A stretch of DNA of 32,446 bases from a virus (IMGVR_UViG_3300005739_000035:1-32446), one strand, 5' to 3'; counted from the stretch's first letter, positions 11,001 through 20,023 are shown. The notes: generated by a model not told the origin, from the sequence alone. Program-made: numbers and translations.

Positions 11001-13382
11001 GCTGCGGAGGCCGCAAAGGATTCCAAGACAGTAAAGCGCAACTCGGCAACGCTGAAGTTCTACAATGTATTCGGAGAAGATTTCGGCAAGCTGATTAACT
11101 TGGGAACCCAGTCGTTCGCAGACACATTCCGCAATCTTACAGGAACAAAGGAATTGCCACGATTGCTTTATCAGATGGGCTTTGGAGAAATTGAGCGTGG
11201 GCAGGCAAATACGAATAGAGCAAGACGCGAGATTACCGACGGAGTTCAAAACAGATTTAGGCAGATTGAAAAGGAAACTGGTCAGAAGATTGCTGATACT
11301 CAAGGCGTCTATTCTATGGGTGTCGCTGGCAATCTGATTCAAATCCATCCAGACGAAACGGAAGCGGAAGGCATCCAGAGAATGCGCGGCCTCATCAAAA
11401 GCGATATTGAGAAGAAAAAGAAGTCCCCGAAATCGGACGACAGAAAGGCTGCGATTTATATTCAGAAGGCACTAGACGAAGTTGATTCGGATACCGTTGA
11501 GGGGGTTCTTGAAAACCTCAAGCGATTGCATCCAGCCAATCACAAGGCTATGACATTCTTGATGAATGAGGTTCTGCCGGAATACAAGCCGATGTTAAAA
11601 GAACACGACGAGCTTTTTAACAACCAGACAGAGAACTACGAGAATCCATACTATCTTCCGATCAGATACCGCTCAATCGGAGCGGAGCCAAAGAAGCCGG
11701 GAGAACTGCGTGGAAGAGCAACGGATAGCGTTACCGCGCCGAAACAAGCTCCAAACTCAATCAAGCGCATTAAGAACACAGTCCTGCCGGAGGGCAAGCA
11801 GTTGGACTACAATCTTACTCGCAATGTTCTAGACTCGCTTTCCACGCAACTTGAGGCGGCGTATACCAATCCAGGTTGGCAGCAGGTCTACGCATTCCTT
11901 AAATCTCCAGAAGCTGTAGATGCACTTGGCGGCGTGGAGAACTACGACTTTGTAACAAGACGCATCAACAACCTTTCCGACTCTAGAGAGCGCAGAATCT
12001 ACCAGATGGACCCGTTCAACCAAGCCGCCGACTTTGTTGCGAATATGGTTCGCAAGATCGGAACAAGTATTGCGCTGGGCGGCGTTGGACAAGCGGCGAA
12101 GCAGATGCCGGATCAGGTTGCCACAACGATTGCCAATGTTAACGACTTAAGCATCACAACTCCAGCCTTCACGGAAATCAAGGCGGCACTTCCCGCAATG
12201 CGTCAATTCTCTATCGGCGAGCGCGGAGAGATTGCTGGCGGATCAAAGTGGGTTAATCAGCTTGAAGGAAACTTCACAAAGCTACAGCAATTCATGCAAG
12301 ACGGTCTGTGGCCAAAGGCAATGGAGGCGTTTGAGAATATCAACAACTTCTGGCTTATTCCGCTTAAGGTGTCGGATACTATTGCCGCGTCTCACGGCTG
12401 GATTTCCTACTACAAGAAATACCTCAAGGATAACAATATTCCTTTCACAAACTGGGACAATGAAGCGGAGCTTATTGCGGGAGGTGAAAGAGGTCGTGTT
12501 GAGGCAGGTCTTTATGCCGACCAAATGATTGATCTCTACCAAGGGTCTTCCGATCCAACGAAGATGGCGACATTCGCCCAACGAGGAGATAGCGGTGGCG
12601 GCAATCTTCTCAAGACAATGATCATGCCGTTCTCGTCATTCGTGATCCAACAACGCTCTCGTATCTTGTCAGACCTGCGCGATGTATCCTACGGCGATGC
12701 AGATGAGAAGAAAGTTGCCGCAAAGGGATTGGCTGGAACATTGCTAGGAATTGTTATATTCCACGGAGTCAGGCGTTATGCCTTGCCGCTACTTACTGGC
12801 GGCGTTGCTGCTGGAGCCTACGGATTGCTCGGTGTTGATATGGAAGAGCCTGACGAGGAAGAAAAGGCAGAGAAAGAAAAAAGAGTATTCCGCCAGTTCT
12901 TGGGAGAAGTTGCGGCAAACATATTTGTCGGCGGATATTCCGCCTATGCAGAAACAAGGTTAATTGATGCCGTAAATGCCGCGTCATACTTTTACGAGAT
13001 TCAAACCAACAGCGATAATGTTCTAGATGACGAGGGAGAGATAATGTCTTGGGAGAAATACCGCAAGGAACGCGCTCCAATGTATCGCTACACGGGACCG
13101 GGAGCAGACTCCACGCTCGGCATGATTGATATTCTCCCAAGTCAGACACGCGAAACATTCGACAGGCTTAAAGATTTGTCGGACGACGAGATTATGGACT
13201 CGTTGACCGAAGAAGAGCAGAGAGTTCTTATCCTTGCCGCATTGAGTGAAACGCTCTACACTATGCGACTCAATGATGCTGACGTGGCGAGAATGATTAA
13301 GAGAATGGCAAAGGATGTGAAGGATCAAGCCGAAGCCCGTCAGAAGGCTGAAAGAAAACTGCAACGACTCTACGGACTGTAA
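5070..13382 (+). CDS. Giant multidomain (polyvalent-type) internal virion/DNA-ejection protein with methyltransferase and zincin domains
   Basis: 2770 aa. Gly/Ala hydrophobic segment near the N-terminus; P/A/T-rich linkers; SH3-like module near 8590-8760; class I SAM motif ADIGGGRFD at 8922 followed by YDPYN and NNVLNVI; HELGH at 9597-9611 preceded by ASYDPNTGDITLN; long helical C-terminal region. Confidence 0.75.
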   Translation: MRFPTWKEVESDPEFQSLEPTKKREYFGKWSKTAVDRAMQQGLYRDEEFASGFTGWYNQKAKEYGEEEEVGDFQQLSAKYKTPKEVGVFEGISNAARNAFASSQQALAVTGGVTPEEAQEISKIEYEKNARQVSPDYKAYQEAEGWDAVNAFINNPVEVTTNIVAEGLAGSLPSLGAGLATGGVGAAAGSVVPGVGTGAGFIAGQVAGTFAGSLATEYGSKVLEELQNEGMDLTNPQSITEFFSNQKLVDAAKEKALKKGVPIAAFEAVSAGIGGKVAKILGTAFKTKTRDAAAEMVTQAALGVGGEIAGTTAAGDEFDGKELFAELAGSIGPDGAQIAIGKAQQILSDRRKQRQVKQAAETAEKLENSDAPLTADALKTTVAKNIVEQEKQTADKLDEDLAGEVEKVSGMQPIREEEAFVMPPKEEFKASYAKLTPESLAETEASFQEQLQDEDADTRAFAQTALEALAEFKAEQTPIPPAAEAPLEQRPLATETGAQMYQAEAIKQALANRQPVGADAIEFFARDPRTWGIAIPQDYIKQGNVYVPPPAVEAPAEVAPAQAAEVAPPVEAAPPAVVDPTAVAPALPVEQTPAEPVPAVDPETITTTDVQPEAPITPPPSATEPPPQNVVGFTTARGSTYEITPEGKTIRMKRSEGRGQGEIHPPSSVLFVSEEDSRNILGDQQSTFGKAAVRLGYIEGNAFNPITDTRSIPAGAQPAVVSVERENNKVLGVYRAEIQPKVGLSPVEKEYMPDGNAYLHIGNPIVSVRQAEATPPTAPTAEAETSASLSRVADNTATDEEVVRLARQGLVNIQDGQNVITPRGEEVMQRAGAPLPRLTPEERAAEVAAAPAAIVEQAPPVAESPIVTPAPTPGVEPIESAIEVARKTNFAAAATRQEAGEIGRNIASQDPNLPPLPPPQFDVLESISNLQARRPYNPDALTEDAINEARDSGFITGKQVGKLKLTESGRNQLKEWSDQARDRDFAESSLRDEIADIAVSQWDAANDPESAAAIAARTTRPPTPVTTPPVTEAVTPAPAATTPAAPKVAPDWEKMSVFDKAGAINLNERVINHPLFNKLKKSIDATWAKTQGKGEVYQQDNDLQYSYLDATILDKNPDAKKTAEKIASDLGVKIVKAPATSLFGGFRLEIPKPATATTPTIPTPTALAEAAPVGIAVGNRVKTKTTPQSFVVEEVLPQSAREAELGEQYYSIRNERTGEVQTVEAGDIRAIKGKGGRQMAAAPAVTAELWATPPQEISSAATSINQRQMPATFKRVKWQSGTRNADIGGGRFDNATDYLADIGVENVIYDPYNRTQESNQAAVSKISGGQSDTATVNNVLNVIAEPESRNLVIRQAADAIKPNGKAYFLIYEGNKKGVGSPTASGWQENRKAETYIAEIRKHFGSVTRKGNLITAENPIKPTEVLRQAEGIRVEEDAEVVPEADRYTFDEAGIRAIEFFNGVAPDGLVIVNDSVDPEYRFKASYDPNTGDITLNRAFIRKGESIEDILSHELGHYIFSDPKFQAAFQRFWNEMSDVEKANADKIINQFYSKQSGAVQIEEKKVRAFMALVEEARLLPRWKQILNAIKQWLNDKFGTNFNVTDRGALSVLAVAHKRFRKGEVIVREMNEGVFRMAAEPTPAPEAKAAPAERPLRRTKMQNIINISTGVKRPRTKLTVDEMAALKDQIRIGARKRREDKQTQKEFAKDVTEYLRGMAIRGKVSAPQLRAITSKAMQTQFDNEASIKSFINYANKVIENANYNRDISDAKAAIKSAKRLAKQKGLAGNIKANLEKLANIDPRQIEPEEMVEVDGEMPVSVAEFTAVLKEYMKAAGPVTAEGYILVPDAEITDFLSKIGEQVEVNRKANENLGLDGELAEIADKTPEEIDAELARNEERRKRIEEKVNKLAEEAQIGLVKYENPEITSEEKLVLDDMKRITLSDISIGERKEFVKVANNILVNNKFLGAQKFASIARGQIGAAEAAKDSKTVKRNSATLKFYNVFGEDFGKLINLGTQSFADTFRNLTGTKELPRLLYQMGFGEIERGQANTNRARREITDGVQNRFRQIEKETGQKIADTQGVYSMGVAGNLIQIHPDETEAEGIQRMRGLIKSDIEKKKKSPKSDDRKAAIYIQKALDEVDSDTVEGVLENLKRLHPANHKAMTFLMNEVLPEYKPMLKEHDELFNNQTENYENPYYLPIRYRSIGAEPKKPGELRGRATDSVTAPKQAPNSIKRIKNTVLPEGKQLDYNLTRNVLDSLSTQLEAAYTNPGWQQVYAFLKSPEAVDALGGVENYDFVTRRINNLSDSRERRIYQMDPFNQAADFVANMVRKIGTSIALGGVGQAAKQMPDQVATTIANVNDLSITTPAFTEIKAALPAMRQFSIGERGEIAGGSKWVNQLEGNFTKLQQFMQDGLWPKAMEAFENINNFWLIPLKVSDTIAASHGWISYYKKYLKDNNIPFTNWDNEAELIAGGERGRVEAGLYADQMIDLYQGSSDPTKMATFAQRGDSGGGNLLKTMIMPFSSFVIQQRSRILSDLRDVSYGDADEKKVAAKGLAGTLLGIVIFHGVRRYALPLLTGGVAAGAYGLLGVDMEEPDEEEKAEKEKRVFRQFLGEVAANIFVGGYSAYAETRLIDAVNAASYFYEIQTNSDNVLDDEGEIMSWEKYRKERAPMYRYTGPGADSTLGMIDILPSQTRETFDRLKDLSDDEIMDSLTEEEQRVLILAALSETLYTMRLNDADVARMIKRMAKDVKDQAEARQKAERKLQRLYGL

Positions 13383-14011
13383 TGGTTCAATACAAATACA
13401 CGGACAAGTCCACCTGTCCTCCAGGCGAGTGGAGATACACGCACCCTGTTACTGGGCTAAAGCTCAAGCACTACGACTACAAGGCATTCATCCGCAAGTA
13501 TGTCGATCACTCGCTTGCCAACAACATTCCGCTGCCGCCGGACTGGGAGGACGAGTTGATCTCGGAGATGTGTGTGCAGAACAACTGGGGCAAGCTCTGC
13601 AAGCCAGTATCGTTGGACAAGATTGTTCGCAGAAGGCTATCGCTCCAAGCCGTTCTTTCGTTCCTGCATATGCTCGCATCTTGGGTGCGTGAGGTAATGA
13701 ACGGCAAGGCTGCATTCGTTACTCAAGACGAGGCAGAGCGCAGGGCCAGCATTTGCGCTGGATGCCCCAATAACGTCACTCTGCAATTCTCCTGCGGTGC
13801 TTGTATGGGTGGAGTGCTGAAACTCATCCACGGCGTTCTAGGTGACAGAAAAACATCGAACGATAGGAATCTCGGAGCTTGCCTCGTATGCTCTTGTGAG
13901 TTAAGGTCTGCGGTGCACGTTCCATTGGATGTGCAACACACGGGATTGAATGATGAACTCAAAAACGACTTTAGACAGATCACGCATTGCTGGAAGCGGG
14001 AGGGATTGTGA
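13382..14011 (+). CDS. Cys-rich putative metal-binding protein
   Basis: CAGC, CGAC, CLVCSC and a terminal CW. Start overlaps the upstream stop (TAATG). Confidence 0.65.
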   Translation: MVQYKYTDKSTCPPGEWRYTHPVTGLKLKHYDYKAFIRKYVDHSLANNIPLPPDWEDELISEMCVQNNWGKLCKPVSLDKIVRRRLSLQAVLSFLHMLASWVREVMNGKAAFVTQDEAERRASICAGCPNNVTLQFSCGACMGGVLKLIHGVLGDRKTSNDRNLGACLVCSCELRSAVHVPLDVQHTGLNDELKNDFRQITHCWKREGL

Positions 14012-15678
14012 AGAGTAAGTTCGGCGTGGACATCAACACCACGCCGCCTGGGGACTGGAGGCTTACCATCAACGGCAAGCTCAAGAAGAGCTATTGCATC
14101 CGGCAGTTGGCTCAATGGGCGAAGGATGCTGGCGACCATCGCAAGAAGGATGAAATCTTTATGGACATCGTTGCAGAGACAATGCCGCACATACCGCTAC
14201 AAACACGACTGACCGGATTTATCGCAGAGGGAGACATTCCGATTTGCGACAAGAATATCTACGTTATGCTGGGCAGAGCGGGAGACATCCTCTGCATCCT
14301 GCCTGCGCTGAAAGAAGAGGCGGATCGCATCGGCAGACCCGTGAAAATGGTTGTCGCTTCGGAATTCAGGGGATTATTGGACGGATGTAGTTACATCGAA
14401 CCGATTGTTTTTGAGAAGGATTTCCGTCTGTCCGCACACGCATACAACTGGGCAGTTCGCCAGTTTCCAGAGTATCGCGTAATCAACTGTGCTGTATGCG
14501 CGGAAGATATGCGAGTCGATCAGAAGGGCTGGTCGTTTGACAGGGATATCTGGATCAACACGAAGATTCCTATCCCGCCGCACAGCAAGCAGTTATTGTT
14601 CGACAATAGAGACGCTGGACGAGAAGAAACGTTGAAAAAACAATACATTTCTTTCAACAAAAAGAACGTCCTATTGGCACTAGAAGGACACTCCAGTCCG
14701 TTCTTCTGGGGACACGAACTCAAGCAGGAGTTGGCGAAGAGGTTGCCGGACGTAAACTTCGTGGACATCTCTACCATACGTGCAGCTAGGCTTTACGATT
14801 TGCTTGGGCTATACGACGAAGCGCATACGTTGATCGCAATCGACTCCGCGCCGCTGCACCTCTCATCTGCATCCATAATAAACACAGTTGCCTTGGTTAC
14901 AGACCAGAATACATTGTGGCATCAATCAAGCTGGAAACCGAAGCATCACATTCGCATTCCTTATTCAGATGTGATCAAAAAGATTGATGACATCGTTGCT
15001 ACAATTGAAGACAATCCTCCGCTGCCAAACATACACCTTGTTCGCTCCTGCAAGGCAGAGGTTGATCCAGAAACGCAGAGGAGGCTAGTGTTAGCTCACC
15101 AAAGCGTAAACGGCGAAGACTGGCTTTCTGCGGCTTGGAATCACATAGACTTCAAGCCAACGAGAGACGGGACATCCATCGGTGACGCACCAGTTCCGTT
15201 TATTCGGGATATGATTGAGCAGGCATACAAGGAAGCCAGCCCGCGAGATATCATCTGCATTGCGAACGCAGACATCGGATTTGTTCCCGGCATCACGGGA
15301 GAAATCCTAGATGCGTGTTATAACTTTGGTTCCTGCTACGCACAGCGGCACGACTTCCGAAGAATCGACAGGTTGATCTTGAATGAAGTTGAGTGTGCAA
15401 CGGGGCGCAAGTATCCAGGCGCAGACTTGTTTGCGTTTACGAAGGAGTGGTGGGACAAGCGCAATCAGTTCTTCCCAGACATGCTGCTAGGCAGGGAAGC
15501 GTGGGATATGATCATGCGTGATCTCGTCCGAAGCACAGGTGGAGTTGAACTGCACAACGCTATCTACCACGAAATGCACGACAGTCATTGGCTCAAGCAC
15601 AGAAGCTGCGCTGGCAACGAACACAACAAACGACTTGCCTCGGCTTGGCTTGCGGCAAACGGAAGGAACTGGTGGTGA
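14008..15678 (+). CDS. Putative two-domain glycosyltransferase (GT9/heptosyltransferase-like GT-B domain plus GT-A-like C-terminal domain)
   Basis: LGRAGDILCILPAL and IAIDSAPLHLS match GT9 signatures; C-terminal IICIANADI, GADLFAF, DMLLGREAWD. Start re-assigned to GTG at 14008 (GTGA overlap). Confidence 0.75.
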   Translation: MKSKFGVDINTTPPGDWRLTINGKLKKSYCIRQLAQWAKDAGDHRKKDEIFMDIVAETMPHIPLQTRLTGFIAEGDIPICDKNIYVMLGRAGDILCILPALKEEADRIGRPVKMVVASEFRGLLDGCSYIEPIVFEKDFRLSAHAYNWAVRQFPEYRVINCAVCAEDMRVDQKGWSFDRDIWINTKIPIPPHSKQLLFDNRDAGREETLKKQYISFNKKNVLLALEGHSSPFFWGHELKQELAKRLPDVNFVDISTIRAARLYDLLGLYDEAHTLIAIDSAPLHLSSASIINTVALVTDQNTLWHQSSWKPKHHIRIPYSDVIKKIDDIVATIEDNPPLPNIHLVRSCKAEVDPETQRRLVLAHQSVNGEDWLSAAWNHIDFKPTRDGTSIGDAPVPFIRDMIEQAYKEASPRDIICIANADIGFVPGITGEILDACYNFGSCYAQRHDFRRIDRLILNEVECATGRKYPGADLFAFTKEWWDKRNQFFPDMLLGREAWDMIMRDLVRSTGGVELHNAIYHEMHDSHWLKHRSCAGNEHNKRLASAWLAANGRNWW

Positions 15679-16487
15679 AGATCACGCTTCCGCACTTCCA
15701 CACGCCGATTCACCACTTCGGTTACAAGGGGTTCATGGGTCACAATCCAAACATCGAGATTGTCCAGACGCTGCACGATGCAGACTTTGTTTGGTATCAC
15801 ACAGTCGGAGACAGTCACGAAGTCAACGAGGACTTGGGCAGGATCAGCAACCTAAACAAGCGAGTTATTGCAATCATTACAGGCGACAAGGCTCCAGACT
15901 TTGTTCCCTACGGATACATCTTCGGAACAAATTGCGGATTCAATATTCCGTATGAATACGACCGCTTCATTCCGTATTACTTACAAGGAACCTACGATCT
16001 TCGGAGAACGCAGCGTATCTCGTTCCGTGGGCATCGGCAGACTTGGAAGAATCGGCATCGTATGCAAGTGCCAGGCGTTCAGTTAACTTGGATTGACTGG
16101 TGGAAGACTGATCCTTCTCGCAGACCGCAGTTGATGGAAGGATACGTCAACGAGCTAAAGAACTCTGTATTCTCACTCTGCCCTAGAGGCAACGGCCCGT
16201 CATCCATGCGGCTGTTTGAATCCATGCTTCTCGGTGCAATTCCTGTAAGGCTGGACGATTGGACAATGCCATTCGGTCAGGAACTCGACTTCTCTCCACG
16301 ATTCAACTTGGATACGACGAATATGAATGATATCGTCAAATATCTACAAAACATGACAGAAAGTGAAATCAAACAGAGAGTTGAAGCAATGCGTGACTTT
16401 GTAGAGAAGTATCTTGTGATTGACGCAAGACGAGGATGCGAAGGAACGATGGGATACTCGGAGTGGATACGGGGGTTTGTGCAATGA
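15675..16487 (+). CDS. Exostosin-like (GT47) glycosyltransferase
   Basis: SVFSLCPRGNGPSSMRLFESMLLGAIPV is the exostosin-family signature. GTG start at 15675 overlaps the upstream TGA. Confidence 0.8.
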   Translation: MKITLPHFHTPIHHFGYKGFMGHNPNIEIVQTLHDADFVWYHTVGDSHEVNEDLGRISNLNKRVIAIITGDKAPDFVPYGYIFGTNCGFNIPYEYDRFIPYYLQGTYDLRRTQRISFRGHRQTWKNRHRMQVPGVQLTWIDWWKTDPSRRPQLMEGYVNELKNSVFSLCPRGNGPSSMRLFESMLLGAIPVRLDDWTMPFGQELDFSPRFNLDTTNMNDIVKYLQNMTESEIKQRVEAMRDFVEKYLVIDARRGCEGTMGYSEWIRGFVQ

Positions 16488-17011
16488 TTAAGAGGCAATT
16501 CGGTTGCGGCGGAAACAGGCTTGTCGGGTGGGAGAACTACGACATCGAAGTTGACATCACAAAGCCTCTTCCTTTTCCAGACGAGTCAACCGATAGGGTC
16601 TTTGCGGAGCACGTTGTTGAACATACAGATTCGCGTGAGGCATTTGGATTCTTTAAGGAATGTTATCGCATCTTAAAGGATGGAGGAAGAATTCGCATTT
16701 GCGTTCCATCAATAGACAAGATTCACAATTTTGCTAACGAAGATTACTTGAATTGGCTTGGGCAATCTGGATTTGGGAAAGCCTGCAAGCGATCCGCTGT
16801 TGAGAACCTAATGGTGAATCACGGGCATAAAACAGTTTGGTCTTATGGAACGCTAGCAGCCGCTTTATATGGCGCAGGATTTAACAACCCAACATTCAAT
16901 AGTGCGAGACAGTCAAACGATCCGGAGTTCAATGATATTGAAGGTCATTGGAAGGTCATTGGAAATCACAATGCCGACATGGAATCAATTGTTGTAGAGG
17001 CAGAAAAATGA
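16484..17011 (+). CDS. Class I SAM-dependent methyltransferase (type 11-like, glycan-associated)
   Basis: FGCGG...GWENYD...DITKPLPFPDES...AEHVVEH...ECYRILKDGGRIRICVP. ATGA overlap at 16484. Confidence 0.85.
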   Translation: MIKRQFGCGGNRLVGWENYDIEVDITKPLPFPDESTDRVFAEHVVEHTDSREAFGFFKECYRILKDGGRIRICVPSIDKIHNFANEDYLNWLGQSGFGKACKRSAVENLMVNHGHKTVWSYGTLAAALYGAGFNNPTFNSARQSNDPEFNDIEGHWKVIGNHNADMESIVVEAEK

Positions 17012-17568
17012 TTCCGAATATCATCCATCAGATATGGATTGGTGGCGAGATGCCAAGCCATTTGGCAGAACTGCATTCAAAGATGAAGGAGATGAATCCA
17101 TCTTGGAATGTTAAGCTTTGGGACGAAGAGTCGATAAACATTCTTCTTTGCGATTGCTTTGAATATCAACATTCAACAAAAGCGGGGTCGTCAAACATTG
17201 TAAGACTCAAAGCACTAAAGAAATACGGCGGTGTTTACTTCGATCTAGATTTTGTTCCTGTAAGACCAATTGACGAGTTGCGACAATATACAGCATTCGT
17301 TGCCAGACAACCTGACGGAATTATTTGTAATGCCGCAATGGGATCTATCCCAAATCATCCGTGGATCAACGCAATGCTTGATAATTATGGAGATTATCAA
17401 AAGAAGGATGCGTCTTGGGGATGTCATATTATCGAGCCATATTTGACTGAAGATGTAAAACTTTTACCAACTGACACTTTTTACCCATACGGACACGAAG
17501 ACACCCCGCATCCACCAACAGAAAAAACATTAGCGTATCACCTTTGGGAAGGAAGTTGGATAGAATGA
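17008..17568 (+). CDS. GT32/Och1-like DXD glycosyltransferase
   Basis: IPNIIHQIWIG, SNIVRLKALKKYGGVYFDLD, FYPY, AYHLWEGSW. ATGA overlap at 17008. Confidence 0.85.
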   Translation: MIPNIIHQIWIGGEMPSHLAELHSKMKEMNPSWNVKLWDEESINILLCDCFEYQHSTKAGSSNIVRLKALKKYGGVYFDLDFVPVRPIDELRQYTAFVARQPDGIICNAAMGSIPNHPWINAMLDNYGDYQKKDASWGCHIIEPYLTEDVKLLPTDTFYPYGHEDTPHPPTEKTLAYHLWEGSWIE

Positions 17569-18209
17569 ATTATATCATTGGATCAGGATATCATCGCCGC
17601 TGCGAATGGGATGAAAAGATGCTGGAGTTGTGGAAGCAAAACACAGAAAAATACAGCAGGCATTACTTCATTATTTCAACAACGCACGGCAGCAAGACCG
17701 ATCACGACATCTTATTGTCCAACAATCTTGGACACGTTGGCGACTGTATACATGAAAACCGCGAAGGATTGTGCGGATGGTCACACTCTGTGCTTACGCT
17801 GGCAATGATCGCATATGGTTGTGGCAAGGATTTGATATTCAAGGAGTCGGATTGCCTGTGGTTTGGTGATGTTCCGCAAAGAATGTATGAAGACTGCGGA
17901 GATAAAGGAATGGTCTTTGGGGCAAAGATGACTGCGGCTCCGTATATGGCTTGCGCTCAAGCAACATTCCTAATCAAACATTGGTGCTTGCTTGGATTTA
18001 TTCGTGATTATCTGTGCCTTCCTAGCGACAAGGATATGCTTCCAGAAGACAAGTTCGTTAAACTTGAGGAACACGCTCCACACATTTACGGACGCATCTC
18101 GTTTGGAGTAGACAGGCAAAGACCAATTCCTTGGGATGACGAGGTTTGGTATGCCCAGCAATGGACTCAAGCAGAGCTAGACGAGGCTCATGCTCGCGGA
18201 CTTGTTTAA
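17565..18209 (+). CDS. Putative glycosyltransferase-like protein
   Basis: ATGA overlap at 17565. DLIFKESDCLWFG resembles a GT-A ExD motif. Last gene of the GT run. Confidence 0.45.
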   Translation: MNYIIGSGYHRRCEWDEKMLELWKQNTEKYSRHYFIISTTHGSKTDHDILLSNNLGHVGDCIHENREGLCGWSHSVLTLAMIAYGCGKDLIFKESDCLWFGDVPQRMYEDCGDKGMVFGAKMTAAPYMACAQATFLIKHWCLLGFIRDYLCLPSDKDMLPEDKFVKLEEHAPHIYGRISFGVDRQRPIPWDDEVWYAQQWTQAELDEAHARGLV

Positions 18210-20023
18210 CGATAAACTGTGCGGAACTTACTGAAGGCTTCCTTCCAGCCCTTGTTTTCCGCTCTGTTGTTCGTATTAATCGCTTTGGTGACAGTTGTGC
18301 TGTCTAGCCCTAGACGCTCCCTGCAAAGCGCAAGAAGCCCCATTCCGGCGTCAGCAATGTCGGGCGACATACCGTAGGTTAGCTTCATCTCTGCTTTGGG
18401 CATAACCTTGATGCGAAGGTTCAAGTCCTTCACGCCGTGCTTGTCCAACTTGCGCTGGCACATCTCCTGCATCATATCGTTGGAGATGCCTTTGATCTGT
18501 CCGGCTCGCATGTATTCCTTGAGCGAATACCAAATCTCAGAGACTGCGTTTACATACCTTTCGTGCGCTGGGGTCTGATCGTAGGCTGAGACTGGTTTCT
18601 CGGATGCCTTGCCTCCGAACTGGAGTCCGTAAACATCCTTGCTCCAAGCAATCGAAATAACATCTCCCAGCGGCCCGCCTGCGCCAGACTTGTCGTATCC
18701 TGCATTGCGAGGTTGAACGCCACGCTTTACGCATTCGTCTCGGAACCAGCGAACAATCTGCTCGGTGCGGGTAGAAGATTGGTCGGTAACATCCTCCGCA
18801 AACTTCAAAAACTCGTCGTATTGCAGTCCTTTGTAGCCGTAGGGTTCTGTTAGCTTTCCGACTGTTCCGAAGTAGAGAATCGCCCTATCCCCGCCGTTTG
18901 TAAATGACGGATCAAGGAACGCAACACGAACAAGATCGTTATCCAACCACACCGCCTTATCCAAAGCCTTCGCATTAACAACCTCGACCTCGGAGTAGAT
19001 TTGATCTGTTACGCCAGCGGGACACCAGAACCCGCGATACATTCGCCAATACGAGGCTGTATTGCGCTCCGATGCGGGAACCTTCTCTAGGTCTTCCGGC
19101 CCGTCCATCCACGGGTAAACCTTCTTGCCGCGTTCCATATTCGGGTTCTTGAGCGTATCGAAGTGAATACAGACTCCGCGCTCTGTTTCCCAATTGTCAT
19201 CCTCAACTGTAATGCTATCCCACCCGTCTTTAGGCTTGGCGAACTTGCCAAACGCATCGACATACGAGGCTGGGTTGGAAATACCGATAAATTGAAAGCG
19301 TTCGCAACCTTTCGACAAGTTGTAGAAGGCAACCTCTGTAATCGCCTCTGAAAGCTCTGACAACTCGTCAGCAACGAAGATAACATTCTTCTGGTGGATA
19401 CCCTGCATCTTGCCTGTGGCGTCCTTCTCTTTCTTCTTCTCGCCAGGGATTAGCGTGATACCAGCGAGGTCGCCCTTGCTTGCCTTACCCTTGGCATCAA
19501 CATAGCGAATTGTATTGAGCGAATCCACAAGCTTGCCTGGCAATCCCAACGCCTCGCAAATCTGCCAATACTTGACGATCTTGCCCCAGATACGCTGCTT
19601 GGATGCCTTGATTGTCGTTGAGGTGGCGAGAACAATCGTATTCTCTGGATCGGCTAAGTAATTGATAATAGCCCATATAGCAGCAGCCTCACTTTTCCCA
19701 AAGCCCCCCGAACCAGCAATAGCAATAAAATCATGCTTACAAAAAGCCTCAATCATTCGATCAGCCCAAGGATGCCAAATGAAGTTGGCTCCCGACTTGT
19801 AATCCTTTTCAGGCCACAACGCTTTAGCAATAGCCTTGAAATGTTCAAATGTTGTAACACCGCCAATGTCTTCTGGAATGCGGCGTGAAATCTTCTCGCG
19901 GAACATCGCCAACTCAATCGCAAGATCGTGTGTTCCCTTGCGCCAGTTGAACCCATACTTGTGCTTGTATCCGTCAATCGGATCGCCGTAGATCGGTGCG
20001 CTCACACCTTCGTTCGTAGTCAT
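18206..20023 (-). CDS. terL: Terminase large subunit
   Basis: Adenine-binding region WHPW, Walker A GSGGFGKS, Walker B VIFVADE, coupling motif ISNP, RNase H-like nuclease residues FLDPS...GGD, GYDKSG and SPDIADA. Confidence 0.92.
   Translation of the reverse strand: MTTNEGVSAPIYGDPIDGYKHKYGFNWRKGTHDLAIELAMFREKISRRIPEDIGGVTTFEHFKAIAKALWPEKDYKSGANFIWHPWADRMIEAFCKHDFIAIAGSGGFGKSEAAAIWAIINYLADPENTIVLATSTTIKASKQRIWGKIVKYWQICEALGLPGKLVDSLNTIRYVDAKGKASKGDLAGITLIPGEKKKEKDATGKMQGIHQKNVIFVADELSELSEAITEVAFYNLSKGCERFQFIGISNPASYVDAFGKFAKPKDGWDSITVEDDNWETERGVCIHFDTLKNPNMERGKKVYPWMDGPEDLEKVPASERNTASYWRMYRGFWCPAGVTDQIYSEVEVVNAKALDKAVWLDNDLVRVAFLDPSFTNGGDRAILYFGTVGKLTEPYGYKGLQYDEFLKFAEDVTDQSSTRTEQIVRWFRDECVKRGVQPRNAGYDKSGAGGPLGDVISIAWSKDVYGLQFGGKASEKPVSAYDQTPAHERYVNAVSEIWYSLKEYMRAGQIKGISNDMMQEMCQRKLDKHGVKDLNLRIKVMPKAEMKLTYGMSPDIADAGMGLLALCRERLGLDSTTVTKAINTNNRAENKGWKEAFSKFRTVYR

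Noticed and set aside
5070-13382. Virion RNA polymerase or tape-measure identity for the giant ORF
   Set aside because: No DxDGD or T7-type polymerase motifs were noticed, and no tape-measure repeats or tail-chaperone context.
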